IMG/VR virus record: IMGVR_UViG_3300045051_000987
Span: 49,553-113,552 of that record
From: a virus
DNA: 64,000 nt
Strand: one strand, 5' to 3'
Each line of letters starts with the position of its first letter. Position 1 is the stretch's first letter. A program made the position numbers and the translations under genes. Below the pieces are notes generated by a model. That model searched no databases and was not told the origin of the DNA. It saw nothing but the letters and a program-made list of their open reading frames with translations. Shown here piece by piece: positions 55,392-64,000 of the stretch.

Positions 55392-56264
55392 TCAGGGCTG
55401 CTCGATCACCCAATGGAACGCGCGATCGACGGCGACGTAGAAGACGCCCACGCCCGCGTCCGTCACGTCGACCTGCGTGCCCGCGGCCGCGAGCGCGACG
55501 CGGAACGTCGTGCCCGTGAGCCCGCTCGCGATCACGTAGTACTCGAAGACCGAGTTGAGGCCCGCGGGGAGCGCGCCCGGGGTCGCACCGGACACACGGA
55601 ACGTGACCTTGTCGTTCGCCACGAGCCCGTGCGCGACGCCCGTCGTGAAGAGGTTCGTCGACGGGTCCGCGGTGACCTGTCGCTCGGGCACCGCGTACTC
55701 GAACGAGTCGTAGGAGTCGGGGACGAACGCACCGAAGAAGGCCGTGACGCCCGCGCCCATCGTGAAGTCGTAGTCGTTGCCGGCGCCCGTGCCGCTCCAT
55801 CCGTCGGAGAAGTCCTCGAACGCCTGCGGGGTGAGCGAGCTGTCGAAGCTCGCCGCCGTGCTCGCGCCGAGCGTGAACGAGTAGCTCTCGTTCGAGTCCC
55901 ATCCCTCCTCGAAGTCTTCGACCGGCTCGGTCGATGGATCGAAGAGCGCGTCGGTGCCGGTGTTGAGCTCGAAGAGATAGGCCTGGTTCCCGTCCCATCC
56001 CTCCTCGAAGTCTTCGAGCGCTTGGCCGGGGCTCACGCTGAGATCGAAGAGCGGGGGCGCGGTGTCGGCGAGCTCGAACGCGAAGAGGTAGTCGTCGTTC
56101 GCCCACTCGCTCTCGAAGCGCTCCTCGTCGTGCGCGGGCGTCTCGGTGCCGAACGCTGCGACCTGCTCCGCCGCCGTCGTGACGATGATCGTCCACGCCT
56201 CGGGCACGCCCTCGCCGGGGGTGCCTGCATCATCGTCCTCGAAGCCGAGGTTCGTGAGCGCCAT
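55392..56264 (-). CDS. Acidic virion protein with EDFEEGW repeats
   Basis: Four E(D/R)F(E/S)xxW repeats; C-terminal HGL...V.F...LPAGL...YYV domain. Confidence 0.75.
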   Translation of the reverse strand: MALTNLGFEDDDAGTPGEGVPEAWTIIVTTAAEQVAAFGTETPAHDEERFESEWANDDYLFAFELADTAPPLFDLSVSPGQALEDFEEGWDGNQAYLFELNTGTDALFDPSTEPVEDFEEGWDSNESYSFTLGASTAASFDSSLTPQAFEDFSDGWSGTGAGNDYDFTMGAGVTAFFGAFVPDSYDSFEYAVPERQVTADPSTNLFTTGVAHGLVANDKVTFRVSGATPGALPAGLNSVFEYYVIASGLTGTTFRVALAAAGTQVDVTDAGVGVFYVAVDRAFHWVIEQP

Positions 56265-56276
56265 CGCGATCTCCGA

Positions 56277-57800
56277 TCAGGAAACGAGCGCGAGGCCCGT
56301 GTCGCCGTTGATGAGGGTCACCGTGCCGAGCTTCGGGAAGGTGCGCGTGCCGATCTCGTAGTCCGCGCGCGTCCCGTTCACGAGGAAGCCGGCGGGGCCG
56401 GGGTCGACCTTCCGAACGCCGCTCGAGTCGCGCACGACGTTGAAGAGATCGGACCACGCGATCGTGCCGGGATCACCGTCCTCGGTCGTGAGGTAGTAGC
56501 CGAAGTCGACGCCCACCGTGAGCCCGGCCTCGACGTCGGCCGTCGTCGGCGTGATCGCGAACGCGCGCGTGAGCCGGTCACGGATCGCGGCATCGACGGT
56601 CGCAGCCTTCGCGTTCTTCGCGAGGAAGACGATCGCCTCGATGTTCACGAAGCCGTACGGGGCGGTCTGCTCGGTGAGGTCGAACGTGAGCGTGTTCGGG
56701 TACGTCTCGGTGCACATCACGTGCACGGCCTCGAGCAGGTCGTCGCTCGCGACGCCGCCGCCCTCGGGGACGATGAAGAGGATCCCGGCGTTCTCCGCGA
56801 TGCCCGGATCCTGATCACTCGTGAGCATGAGCGCGCGCGCGACGCCGGCCACGCGCCTCGCGTTGATCTCGTAGTCCTCGCGCGCGACGGTGCGGTTCTG
56901 CACGCGGAGCGAGCGCGGCGCGAGGAGCCGGATCTCTTCGACGCTCTGCCGATCGAGCGCGGGCGTGCTCGAAGCGGGATTCGTGACGAGGAGCGTCGCG
57001 GCGTTGCCGAGCTCATCGGTGAAGGTCCCCTCTACCTTCGTGACCTTGCCCGGATCGACGCGTCCCGCGACGCCGCCGCCGACCTTGTACGCGACCGTGA
57101 TCGAGCCCGCGGGGATCACGCCGCTCGAGCCGTTGCCGAAGCGGATCGTCGCGCGGTCGTTCTGATCGACGAGCACGACGAAGTGACGATCAGACGACGT
57201 GCTCTCGAGGAGCGACTCGACCTGCGTGAAGGTGCCGTTCGCCGCGGTGACCTCAGCGGTGTCGTCGAGGTAGGGCGTGCCGTTGAGCCGGAGATCCTGG
57301 TTCGGCAGACCGCTCGAGGTGAAGACCTCGTCGCGGAGCTCGGCGTTCTCGGCCATCACGAGCACGGGGCCCGTCGAGCCTGTGGGGATCATCGCGTCGA
57401 CGATGGTCTCGAAGATGATCGGTGCGAAGACCGACTCGGTCTTCATGCGCGAGCGAGCTGCGATCGGGGTGTTGCCGGCGAGCGCCGTCGAGAGCGTGAG
57501 CGAGAGCTCGACGAGCGCAGCGGTGTTGCCGCGCGGCGTGAAGCCGAGGAGCTTGCAGAGCGCGAGGATGTTCTTCCGCTGCGTGACGCGTCCGATGAAG
57601 GCTTCCGCGGCCTGGTTGTCCTGATACTTCGTGAGCACGTCCGCGACGAACGCGAAGAGCTCCTTGAGGATGTTGCCGAAGTCGGCCTTGTCCTTGTCGG
57701 TCCACTCGGGGAAGGCGGAGTCGATGAGGTTGTCGAGGCGCGCGTTGAGCGCGTCGAAGTCCTTGTCGGTGTAGTCGGTGCTCGGCCCGAGGATCGGCAT
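56277..57800 (-). CDS. Baseplate J/gp47-family protein
   Basis: DYTDKDFDAL...PEWTD...DFGNILKELFAFV...RFGNG...Y.VGGG..G...RTVAREDYE. Confidence 0.92.
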   Translation of the reverse strand: MPILGPSTDYTDKDFDALNARLDNLIDSAFPEWTDKDKADFGNILKELFAFVADVLTKYQDNQAAEAFIGRVTQRKNILALCKLLGFTPRGNTAALVELSLTLSTALAGNTPIAARSRMKTESVFAPIIFETIVDAMIPTGSTGPVLVMAENAELRDEVFTSSGLPNQDLRLNGTPYLDDTAEVTAANGTFTQVESLLESTSSDRHFVVLVDQNDRATIRFGNGSSGVIPAGSITVAYKVGGGVAGRVDPGKVTKVEGTFTDELGNAATLLVTNPASSTPALDRQSVEEIRLLAPRSLRVQNRTVAREDYEINARRVAGVARALMLTSDQDPGIAENAGILFIVPEGGGVASDDLLEAVHVMCTETYPNTLTFDLTEQTAPYGFVNIEAIVFLAKNAKAATVDAAIRDRLTRAFAITPTTADVEAGLTVGVDFGYYLTTEDGDPGTIAWSDLFNVVRDSSGVRKVDPGPAGFLVNGTRADYEIGTRTFPKLGTVTLINGDTGLALVS

Positions 57801-57838
57801 GGCGCCGATGGTAGCTGGCGCCCGCGGCGCCCTCTACC

Positions 57839-58351
57839 TCACACCCGGCCGATGGCCGTGAGCGGCACCGACGTAGAGCCCTTGCCGAGCACCTGACCGC
57901 CGCGCGAGAGCGCCTCCCATCCGACGATGAGCACCGCGATCGTCTCGTGCCCGTTGGGATCCTTCTCGCGTCGGATCTTCGAGCCCGTGATCCGGATGCT
58001 CGGGAGCCACCGCGCGATCGCGTCGCGCGCCCATCGATCGAGGAGCGGCTCGAGCACCGCGTCGTTGTTCCTCCACCGCGCGTGCTCGATGAGTGAGCCG
58101 AAGTCGGTCCGCCACGGAAGCTCGCCCTGCGTCGTCGGGCCCGAGCACCGCGTGCCGAGCACCTCGCGGATCTTCGAGCTCATGAGCTGCTGGCCCTCAC
58201 CCGAGGTGAAGTCGTTCGCGCCCCGCCGGAACGGCGTGAGGAGCCCGCGCAGCGGCCGCCCGCCGGTCGCAGCGAGCGAGACCACCGCCTCCTCGGCGAC
58301 GGGCGTAGGAGAGGGCGGGGACGCGAGCGGCCAGGTGTAGCTCGAGGGCAT
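57839..58351 (-). CDS. Baseplate wedge GPW/gp25-family protein
   Basis: IREVLGT...GELPWRTDFGS...DAIARWLPSIRI. Confidence 0.85.
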   Translation of the reverse strand: MPSSYTWPLASPPSPTPVAEEAVVSLAATGGRPLRGLLTPFRRGANDFTSGEGQQLMSSKIREVLGTRCSGPTTQGELPWRTDFGSLIEHARWRNNDAVLEPLLDRWARDAIARWLPSIRITGSKIRREKDPNGHETIAVLIVGWEALSRGGQVLGKGSTSVPLTAIGRV

Positions 58352-58354
58352 GGG

Positions 58355-59473
58355 TCAGACCTCGTTGCCGGAGGTGTCGAAGGCGAAGACGCGGAGGGTC
58401 GGCGAGGCGAGCCAGCCGCCGTGACGGAGGAGGTTGTAGCGGAAGCCGTCAGTGATCGGGTCGCGCGTGCAGCCGATCGCGTAGGCGCCGACGAAGGCCT
58501 CGCCGTCGTGTGCGAGCTCGGTGACGCCCGCGAGCGGTCCGGTCGAGTACGCGACGAGGAGGAGCACGCGCCGGAGCTCGCCCGAGTTGTCGGTCACGTC
58601 GAGCTGCAAGGGCGTCATCGTGTCGATCGGCGTGCCCGGCGTCGGGGTGACGTTCGCGACCACCGGGGGCGTGTCGTCGAGCACCGGCGGAGGCGTCTCC
58701 GGATCGACGTCGAAGGCTGCGGTGTCCGTGTCGGTGAGCCCGTCATCTTCCGACGCGGTGAGCACGAGCTCGAAGTCTCGAGGCCATCCCGCGTCGCGCG
58801 TGACCTCGAGCTCGATGTGCCCGCTCATGTTCGTCGAGTCGTTCACCGTGTAGCCCGGAGCGGCCGCGGTGCCGTCCCACACGAGCTCGGCCACCGTGTC
58901 GAAGATGGCGTAGACCGCGCTCGAGCCGATGCCGCCCACACCCGGCACGATGTGCATGTCGAGCTGATCGCTCGGACCGATCACGCCGGGGTTCGTGTCG
59001 ATCGCGACCGAGAGAGCGACGGCCGCCGGGTCGCGCGTGAAGACGCCGGTGACGCTCGTGAGGTTCGCCTCTCCGTCGTGCACGTACGCGTAGATCGTGA
59101 AGTCCTCGGGCCATCCGGAGCCCGTGTGGCTCACGCTCACGTCGTAGCCGGGCGGGTTCATCATGAGGCTCGCGCTGTAGGGCTGACGCGCCGAAATGTA
59201 ACCCTGCAACGGGCGGTGCTCGAAGATCGTCTCGGTTCGGTCGGAGTACTGCACGACGACGGTCATCATGATCGGGTACGAGCCCGTCTCTTCGATGTAG
59301 AACGCGATCGGGTCCATCGGCCCGATCGGACCCTCGGCCGTCACGAGGTTGAGCGTCGGCGGATCTGTCTCACCGCCCATGTTCGCGAGCAGGAACGCGA
59401 TCGTCTCGGCCTCGTTGCGCCCGAGCTCGTAGGTGAGCGTCGAGATGAGCCCGTCTGTCGTGTGGTCGGCCAT
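58355..59473 (-). CDS. Virion protein with tandem Ig-like domains (paralog of the C-half of 60470-62614)
   Basis: DDTPPVVANVTPTPGTPI...GGWLASPTLRVFAFDTSGNEV. Confidence 0.75.
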   Translation of the reverse strand: MADHTTDGLISTLTYELGRNEAETIAFLLANMGGETDPPTLNLVTAEGPIGPMDPIAFYIEETGSYPIMMTVVVQYSDRTETIFEHRPLQGYISARQPYSASLMMNPPGYDVSVSHTGSGWPEDFTIYAYVHDGEANLTSVTGVFTRDPAAVALSVAIDTNPGVIGPSDQLDMHIVPGVGGIGSSAVYAIFDTVAELVWDGTAAAPGYTVNDSTNMSGHIELEVTRDAGWPRDFELVLTASEDDGLTDTDTAAFDVDPETPPPVLDDTPPVVANVTPTPGTPIDTMTPLQLDVTDNSGELRRVLLLVAYSTGPLAGVTELAHDGEAFVGAYAIGCTRDPITDGFRYNLLRHGGWLASPTLRVFAFDTSGNEV

Positions 59474-59474
59474 T

Positions 59475-60425
59475 TCAGATCACCGGCGTGACGGTGCTCG
59501 GCCACGGCACGAAGCAGCCGTTCGAGTCGGGCGCGATCATCGCTCGGCCGGTGTCGGCGAGGTCGAGCGTGTCGAAGGCGCTGATCGAGCTCATCGTCGC
59601 GAAGCGGATCGTCGACGCGACGCCCTTGCGCTGCGCGTTGGTCGAGACCTTGTAGATGAGCGGCGCCGCGCGCTCGTGCGTGCCCGTGTAGGGGTTCTGA
59701 CCGAGCGCCGTGCCCGGGAGCGTGTGAAAGATCGCGAGCGCGGTCTCGAGGGCTTGCCCGGTGAGGTTGCGCTTGTACCAGCCACGTCCGTCGCTCGCAC
59801 TGTTCAGCGGGAGATTGTTCCCGCCGGCTTGAAGCCACACCACCCACGGTGCGTCATCGGCATCACCGATCGTGCCGTCTGCGTTCGTCTCGACCGGATC
59901 GAAGACCACGCGACGGTGACCGGCGCCGCTCGATACGACGCGCCCGATCCAGTGGAAGTAGTAGTGCCCGCTCACCGGGGCGGAGTCGGCGCAAAACTGC
60001 CATCGGTAGTTGGTCGCGTTGATCGACGCCCAGCCCCATCCGCCGCCGTCGTAGGAGCCGCTCGAACCGATGATCTGGATCGCGTCCGCGTGCGTCGGAG
60101 GAGCGCTCGCAGTGCCACCTCCACCGAAGCCGATGTCGCAGAGGTAGCCGCGCGCGGAGTAGTCCTCGCCGGAGTTTCGCTGAAGCGTGACCTCGAGCGT
60201 GCCCGTCGGCGCGCGGAGCTGGATCCATCCCGTCGTCGCGACGAGGAACGGGTTCGACACCGGGGTGCCCGCGGTCTTCGTGGTGCCGTTGCCGCTCTGC
60301 ACGCCGGTCCAGCCGGCGGCGATCATCACGCTCGCCATCTCCCACAGCACGTCGCGCGTGCCGTGCCCGCTCGCCGGCACGAAGTTGACCGAGAACCAGC
60401 GCGTGCCGTCTTGGACGATCGCCAT
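59475..60425 (-). CDS. Virion protein (paralog of the N-half of 60470-62614)
   Basis: VMIAAGW..SG.G...WIQLRAP; ATG 7 nt after TACCCT. Confidence 0.75.
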   Translation of the reverse strand: MAIVQDGTRWFSVNFVPASGHGTRDVLWEMASVMIAAGWTGVQSGNGTTKTAGTPVSNPFLVATTGWIQLRAPTGTLEVTLQRNSGEDYSARGYLCDIGFGGGGTASAPPTHADAIQIIGSSGSYDGGGWGWASINATNYRWQFCADSAPVSGHYYFHWIGRVVSSGAGHRRVVFDPVETNADGTIGDADDAPWVVWLQAGGNNLPLNSASDGRGWYKRNLTGQALETALAIFHTLPGTALGQNPYTGTHERAAPLIYKVSTNAQRKGVASTIRFATMSSISAFDTLDLADTGRAMIAPDSNGCFVPWPSTVTPVI

Positions 60426-60469
60426 GGGCGCGAGGGTAGCAGCGGCCCCGCGCGGGCCGCCACGAGCGC

Positions 60470-62614
60470 TCAGGCCTCGTTGCCGCCCCGATCGAACGCG
60501 AAGACGCGGAGCGTGGGGGAAGCCGTCCATCCGCCCGTGCGAAGCACAGTGAAGCGGAAGCCGTTCGTGATCGGCACGCGCTCGCATGCCGGCGTGGAGT
60601 AGTTGCCGATCCAGGCGTCGCCGTCCCAGCACAGCTCGATGATCCCGCCGAGCTCAACGCCGAGAAGGATCCGACGGAAGAGCCCGGTGTCATCGGTCAC
60701 GTCGACCGACACGGGCTGCGCGATCGCGATCGGCGTGCCCGGCGTCGGCTGCGGGTTCGAGATCACGGGGGCCGTCGTGTCATCGACGTCGATGACTTCC
60801 GGATCGACGTCGATGCTCTCGGTGTCCTCGAAGCGGTCGCCTGCCTCATCGATCACCACCGCGCGCAGCACGAAGTCGGTTCCCCACCCGATCCCGTCGC
60901 GCGTGATCTCGAGGGTGATGTCTCCTCCGCTCGGCGTCTCGATCACCGTGTAGCCCTCGCCCGCGCCGTCGTCGTAGACGAGCTCGGTGCGATCGGAGAA
61001 CTCGGCGTAGACGAGCACGTTCTCGAGCGGGTTCGCGCCCTCGGTGATCTCGACGGTGATCTCGGCGTCGGTCGTGATCGTGCCCGTCGGATCGAAGTCG
61101 AACGTGGGCACGAGCGCGGGCGAGATCGTGAAGGAGCCGTCGTCGGCGCCGAGACCTGCGCCGTTCGTCGCTTCGACGCGGAGCACCATCGCCTCGGCCC
61201 ATCCGGGCGTGCGCTCGAGGTCGACGAAGAGCCCGCCGCCGTTCGGGGTGACGGTCATCGAGTAGGGCGCGATCGCGACCGAGCTCAGGTCGAGCACGTC
61301 CTCGAAGATCACCTCGGTGCGATCGGAGTACTGCGCCGTGATCGTCACGCCGAAGATGCCGGTGCCCTGCACATCGAAGCGCACCGCCGCGCCGTACGCG
61401 ATCGCACCCGGCGAGGTGACGAGGCTGACGTCGGGCGCGCCGCCGAGGAATCCGCCCCACGGATCGAACGTGCCCGAGACCATGTCGGGGATGAGGTTGG
61501 AGTCGACCTCTGCGCCGCTCGCCGGCACCGTTGAGCCGTCCCACAGAAGCCAGAAGCCTCCGGCCTGCGCGAAGAGCGTGCGCCCCGCGGTGACGTTCCG
61601 GTTCGTCGGGCCCTCGGTCGAGAGCTTCTTGATGAACCGCGATTGACCCTTGATCCCGCCGTAGCACGTGGGTCCCGCGTACATTTCGGTGTTCGTGAAG
61701 GGAGGCGTGCCCGTCGTCGGCTTCACGACGCCGTTCCAGTAGTAGCAGGGCCCGATCAGATCCACGTCGCCGTCGTACGGGTTCGCGCCGCCGGGGTTCA
61801 GGATGTTCGTCGACCCCCAGTAGCAGGGCCTCATGATCGCCCATCGGTGAGCGGCGTCTTCTCGAGGGGCCGGGATCGGAGGTCGTCCCCACGGCCCGAA
61901 GTTGCTTTGCGTGATCGTCGCGACACCGCTCACGCCGGGATCGCGGTACGTCCAGCCGGCCGAGTAGTGCGACGCGAGCGTGCCCGTCGGCGTGTTGAAC
62001 GGCGCGGAGTAGCAGCCCGGCGACCACACGATATAGGGATCGTCGTCCTCGGGGTGCGGACCGATCACGCACTCGAAGAAGAGGCCTCCGATGATCTGCC
62101 CGGCCGCGTTGCGGAGGTAGACTGCGAAGCTGTAGCCCTCGTCGGCGTCGCCCATGATGTAGTCGGCGCGTGTGACCGTGTCACCGCCTCCGAACGAGTT
62201 GCCGTTCATGTTCAGGCTCGGACGTCGCTCGCCCACCGCGAGGAAGGCGTCGGTCGCCGTCGGTGCGACGTTCGCAGCGAGAGCTCCATCGCCGGTTCCG
62301 ATGAACCCTGCCGCCGCCGAGTAGGCCACGCTGATGTTGTCGCTCGCGTTGTTGAACGCGGTGTGCTGAATGAGGAGCTCGCGCCCGTTCGGAGCGACGA
62401 GGCGGATCCACGCGCGCCGGTTCGTGATGTGACCTGCTCCGCCGTCGACGCTCGTCGAGTAGCCGGTGATCACGTTGCCTGTCGGCGAGAAGTTGCCGCC
62501 CGTGCCGTCGCCTGATCCGCTCGCGACCCAGCCCGCGGCGATCATGCGCGTGATCGTCTCGTAGAGCGCCTGCTGAGAGCTGTGCGCGTTGTCGACCGAG
62601 AACGTGAACGCCAT
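60470..62614 (-). CDS. Virion/tail-associated protein (N-domain + Ig-like domains)
   Basis: RMIAAGW...SGDG...WIRLVAP; C-terminus GGWTASPTLRVFAFDRGGNEA. Confidence 0.8.
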   Translation of the reverse strand: MAFTFSVDNAHSSQQALYETITRMIAAGWVASGSGDGTGGNFSPTGNVITGYSTSVDGGAGHITNRRAWIRLVAPNGRELLIQHTAFNNASDNISVAYSAAAGFIGTGDGALAANVAPTATDAFLAVGERRPSLNMNGNSFGGGDTVTRADYIMGDADEGYSFAVYLRNAAGQIIGGLFFECVIGPHPEDDDPYIVWSPGCYSAPFNTPTGTLASHYSAGWTYRDPGVSGVATITQSNFGPWGRPPIPAPREDAAHRWAIMRPCYWGSTNILNPGGANPYDGDVDLIGPCYYWNGVVKPTTGTPPFTNTEMYAGPTCYGGIKGQSRFIKKLSTEGPTNRNVTAGRTLFAQAGGFWLLWDGSTVPASGAEVDSNLIPDMVSGTFDPWGGFLGGAPDVSLVTSPGAIAYGAAVRFDVQGTGIFGVTITAQYSDRTEVIFEDVLDLSSVAIAPYSMTVTPNGGGLFVDLERTPGWAEAMVLRVEATNGAGLGADDGSFTISPALVPTFDFDPTGTITTDAEITVEITEGANPLENVLVYAEFSDRTELVYDDGAGEGYTVIETPSGGDITLEITRDGIGWGTDFVLRAVVIDEAGDRFEDTESIDVDPEVIDVDDTTAPVISNPQPTPGTPIAIAQPVSVDVTDDTGLFRRILLGVELGGIIELCWDGDAWIGNYSTPACERVPITNGFRFTVLRTGGWTASPTLRVFAFDRGGNEA

Positions 62615-62623
62615 GACGAGACC

Positions 62624-63622
62624 TCAGAAGATGGGGCGCGTCGCGCCGTCCCACGGGATCGTGATCGGCCCGAGCGAGAGTCGCGTGAGATCGTTGTTCA
62701 GCCGGAAGATCCCGAGCTTCTGTAGCGAGGTGCGGAAGAGGCGCGAGATCCCCTTGAAGCCTCGCTCGGTCGTGTGCGTGTTGCCGCCGCGCCAGTACAT
62801 GACCGGCATGTCGTCGATCGGACCGTCGGGCCTGAGCGAGAGCCGGTCATCGCTGAGCGGCCCGATCGAGTTGAACCCGCCCTCTTGCGTGCCTCGAGCG
62901 ACGCACGGATACCCGACGAACGCCGCGCCCGTGAGGCCCTTCTTGAACCAGCCACGGATGCACGCGCTCGTCTGCGTCGGCGTGACCTGGTAGTGCATCG
63001 CGCCTGCGTTGTTCGCGGGGCCGAACGTCGCAGCGTTGAAGTGCTGCCCGAAGACCGCGGGGTCGGCGTCGAGCGCGTGTCCGCCCTCGAGCACGTCGAG
63101 CATGAGGATCGTGTCGTAGCCGGGTGAACCGGTCTGCGGGAAGAGGCGCCGCGCACCGATGAAGAACGAGTGCTCTTCGTCAGCGTCGCCCACGAGCATG
63201 TCGACGAACTCGCCTTGGATCACTGCGGTCGTTCCCGTCGGCGTGTTGATGCATCCCTGTTCGTCCGCTGCCTCACCGCGCGCGGTCGCGGAGGGCGAGC
63301 CTCCGGTGAATCCGGTGCCATCGCTCGAGTACCAAAGGCGGATCTGATCCGTGTTCAGCGCGCTTGGGTGCGTGATCAGGATCGAGCGGCGCACCGTCGC
63401 GGTCGCAGGCTGGCGGAGCTCCATCCACGCGTTCGCGAGATCGAGCGAGCCCGCGTAGGGGCCGCCGGGAGCGTGCACGTCGCCGGCCGCTGAGTAGTTG
63501 CCGCCGGAGCCGTCACCCGAGCGCGCGACGCTCCATCCATTCGCGACGAGGAACTCCTTCATCCGCCACAAGAACTCGCCGTGCCGGATGAAGCGAACGT
63601 TCGGGAGGAGTGACCACGCCAT
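62624..63622 (-). CDS. Virion protein (N-domain paralog)
   Basis: FLVANGW...SGDGSGGNYS...AWMELRQP...DADPAV...KGISRL...PWDG. Confidence 0.75.
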   Translation of the reverse strand: MAWSLLPNVRFIRHGEFLWRMKEFLVANGWSVARSGDGSGGNYSAAGDVHAPGGPYAGSLDLANAWMELRQPATATVRRSILITHPSALNTDQIRLWYSSDGTGFTGGSPSATARGEAADEQGCINTPTGTTAVIQGEFVDMLVGDADEEHSFFIGARRLFPQTGSPGYDTILMLDVLEGGHALDADPAVFGQHFNAATFGPANNAGAMHYQVTPTQTSACIRGWFKKGLTGAAFVGYPCVARGTQEGGFNSIGPLSDDRLSLRPDGPIDDMPVMYWRGGNTHTTERGFKGISRLFRTSLQKLGIFRLNNDLTRLSLGPITIPWDGATRPIF

Positions 63623-63668
63623 GCGACGCGAGCGTGCCCGCGCGCGCGGATCACGTCCACCTCGCTCC

Positions 63669-63690
63669 CGTGTTCACCCGGGTGAACACG
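63669..63690. promoter_or_regulatory. Dispersed palindrome copy 11
   Basis: 22 bp, intergenic, upstream of the gene starting at 63622. Confidence 0.85.
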
Positions 63691-63698
63691 TCGAGGCC

Positions 63699-64000
63699 TC
63701 AGACCGGGATCGTGCGCCTGAACGTGCGGAGCACCGTGATCGCGTCGTTGATCGCGGCCGCCGCCTCGGCCGTGCTCCCGCTCGTGACGTCGAGCGAGAA
63801 CGAGAGGCCGGGGATCCCGATGAGGCTCGCGAAGCTGTTCACGATGAGGATGAGCGGGTCGGCCCCGACGAGCGCCGTCGCGAGGTCTGCACGCTGCACT
63901 CCGACCGCGCCCGTCGCCGAGCTCAGGATCGTCTCGAGCGCCGCGCGCGGGCCCGCGGGGAGCGAGCCGGCCGTCGTCATGGCCGACGCGATGCGGGCTT
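63699..64000 (-). CDS. Partial hypothetical structural-module protein (5' end outside window)
   Basis: Frame open to the window edge; ends RRTIPV. Confidence 0.55.
   Translation of the reverse strand, partial: ARIASAMTTAGSLPAGPRAALETILSSATGAVGVQRADLATALVGADPLILIVNSFASLIGIPGLSFSLDVTSGSTAEAAAAINDAITVLRTFRRTIPV

Noticed and set aside
52691-57896. Very long plus-strand ORFs (942 aa and 890 aa; also 38010-40172, 26036-27739, 78-1739)
   Set aside because: Antisense shadows of real minus-strand genes caused by high-GC codon bias; Arg/Ala-rich with no motifs.
58355-60790. Diversity-generating retroelement TR/VR pair from the similar 3' ends of two tail genes
   Set aside because: No reverse transcriptase in the window, and the differences are not adenine-specific; ordinary paralogy.
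1-64000. tRNA, rRNA, integrase, transposase, terminase or capsid genes; restriction-site avoidance
   Set aside because: None recognised in this window. TCGA, GATC and CGCG look abundant, but k-mer bias cannot be quantified without computation.

Overview
A 64-kb internal segment of a large, high-GC tailed phage or prophage. The contractile-type baseplate suggests a myovirus, and the tail and baseplate N-termini recall Myxococcota prophages; the host assignment is an inference. Nearly all genes lie on the minus strand. Reading right to left: tail/baseplate genes (64-51 kb); a lysis/membrane cassette (51-47.7 kb); a non-coding GATC-repeat and G-tract region that looks like an origin (~46.7-47.05 kb); a replication/recombination module (SF2 helicase, DnaB, primase, UvrD, sigma factor, PolB, UvsY-like, SSB-like, RecA, split Mre11/Rad50, RuvC; 46.6-22.9 kb); an array of small genes, including ArdC, each behind a repeated promoter cassette (22-16 kb); and an accessory region with three DNA methyltransferases plus HNH, J-domain and ASCH proteins (16-0 kb). 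The most striking unexplained structure is a set of non-coding motifs. (i) Eleven copies of a perfect 18-24 bp palindrome, TGTTCACCCGGGTGAACA, are spread across the whole window regardless of reading frame, mostly at promoters or gene starts. One copy abuts a Cfr9I/SmaI-family (CCCGGG) methyltransferase gene. (ii) About 19 copies of GCGGCATGATG occur, 12 of them 5-6 nt before a start codon, which predicts leaderless mRNAs. (iii) Five CTGGCR-N18-TATACCTAAATC promoters occur, four of them followed by a hairpin and Shine-Dalgarno. (iv) A GC-TACCAT-CG type motif precedes late genes. The family-B polymerase appears to carry a clamp-binding motif and a DnaE-like C-terminal domain. No tRNA, CRISPR array, integrase or reverse transcriptase was seen. 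All family assignments come from motif recognition by eye, not database searches.
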